A DNA stretch of 63,049 nt, from NCBI GenBank assembly GCA_945278685.1, contig CALYPW010000001.1:1-63049 (forward strand), given 5' to 3'. Shown here piece after piece: positions 62,567-63,049 of this stretch. Each line of letters begins with the position of its first letter. Position 1 is the stretch's first letter. The position numbers and the translations under genes are program-made. This DNA comes from an uncultured Dolosicoccus sp. (GTDB lineage Bacteria; Bacillota; Bacilli; Lactobacillales; Aerococcaceae). The notes under the pieces are model-generated. The model was not told where the DNA came from, ran no database searches, and saw only the letters and a list, made by a program, of their open reading frames with translations.

Positions 62567-62602
62567 AAGCTACTGCCCTTTTTCGGACAGTAGCTTTTTT
62601 TC
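62567..62602 (+). terminator. Riboswitch expression-platform terminator
   Basis: AAGCTACTG.CC...GG.CAGTAGCTT followed by a T-run, upstream of the ribU RBS. Confidence 0.8.
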
Positions 62603-62641
62603 TTGAATATTTATTCTCCAAAATATAAAGGAGTGAGAGGG

Positions 62642-63049
62642 ATGAATAGTCGTTTGCGGCGAAACATTGCATTAGGGGTTTTGGGCGCCATTGCATTAAT
62701 TTTAAGACAATTTGATTTTCCTTTAATACCTGTTGTGCCATTTCTTAAGTTTGATTTTAGTGAGTTATCTTTATTGGTGGGTGGTTGGATTGCTGGTTTC
62801 CCAGGGATTCTGATAGTTGCTGGAATCCGCGATACCTTGAATTTCATGATGACTGGGGGGCAGATGGGAATTCCAGTCGGCGCCATCACTGCTTTCATTG
62901 CTTCAGCTACTTATTTTAGTGTCTATTATTATTACGAGAAACGTGCTCAGTCACAGCCTTTTAAAGGACTCCCCATTGTGCAGGGACTTCTAGCGACCTT
63001 GGCCTTAACAGTGTCCATGATGATTGTGAATTATTGCTTCGCCTTGCCC
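62642..63049 (+). CDS. ribU: ECF transporter S component, riboflavin-specific (partial, runs off the window)
   Basis: Hand translation MNSRLRRNIALGVLGAIALILRQFDFPLIPVVPFLKFDFSE...GIPVG...NYCFALP (FP...FLK.DFS signature); preceded by an FMN riboswitch. Confidence 0.85.
   Translation, partial: MNSRLRRNIALGVLGAIALILRQFDFPLIPVVPFLKFDFSELSLLVGGWIAGFPGILIVAGIRDTLNFMMTGGQMGIPVGAITAFIASATYFSVYYYYEKRAQSQPFKGLPIVQGLLATLALTVSMMIVNYCFALP

Noticed and set aside
62611-62898. 95-aa minus-strand ORF at the window end
   Set aside because: It is an antisense shadow of ribU, which is supported by its RBS, family signature and riboswitch.

Overview
This is a core-chromosome segment of a Firmicute. It is most likely a Lactobacillales member of the Aerococcaceae/Carnobacteriaceae/Enterococcaceae type; this is inferred from gene order (tuf linked to fusA, no map between adk and infA, no sporulation genes, an L17DE RNA). 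In order it carries: the decayed left end of an IS3/IS150-type element; pgm; rapZ-yvcK-whiA-ssbB; an orphan OppA-like binding protein; tyrS with no T-box; and a WalR-box-preceded CwlO/SagA-type NlpC/P60 hydrolase. Next come metG-tatD-rnmV-rsmA-(ankyrin+TPR gene)-veg, then pth-mfd-rqcP-divIC-S1-tilS-hpt-ftsH-hslO-dusB-lysS. A ~13.8-kb accessory citrate/oxaloacetate locus follows (GntR regulator, citG, pckA divergent from a stand-alone oadA-G-D-B Na+ pump operon, CitMHS transporter, citDEFX, citC, short MntR-like regulator). The str, S10, spc and alpha ribosomal clusters come next, and the window ends with an L17DE RNA, an FMN riboswitch and a partial ribU. Most of the window is ordinary housekeeping. 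The best candidate for an undescribed system is the pckA/oad divergon, a possible ATP- plus Na+-conserving PEP-oxaloacetate-pyruvate route. Its intergenic region carries a perfect 12-bp inverted repeat, paired cre-like sites and two structured RNA candidates. Other notable items are an anti-SD hairpin that may gate ssbB, the ankyrin-TPR gene inside the rsmA-veg block, and a structured rpsL leader. All calls come from reading the sequence; no searches were run.
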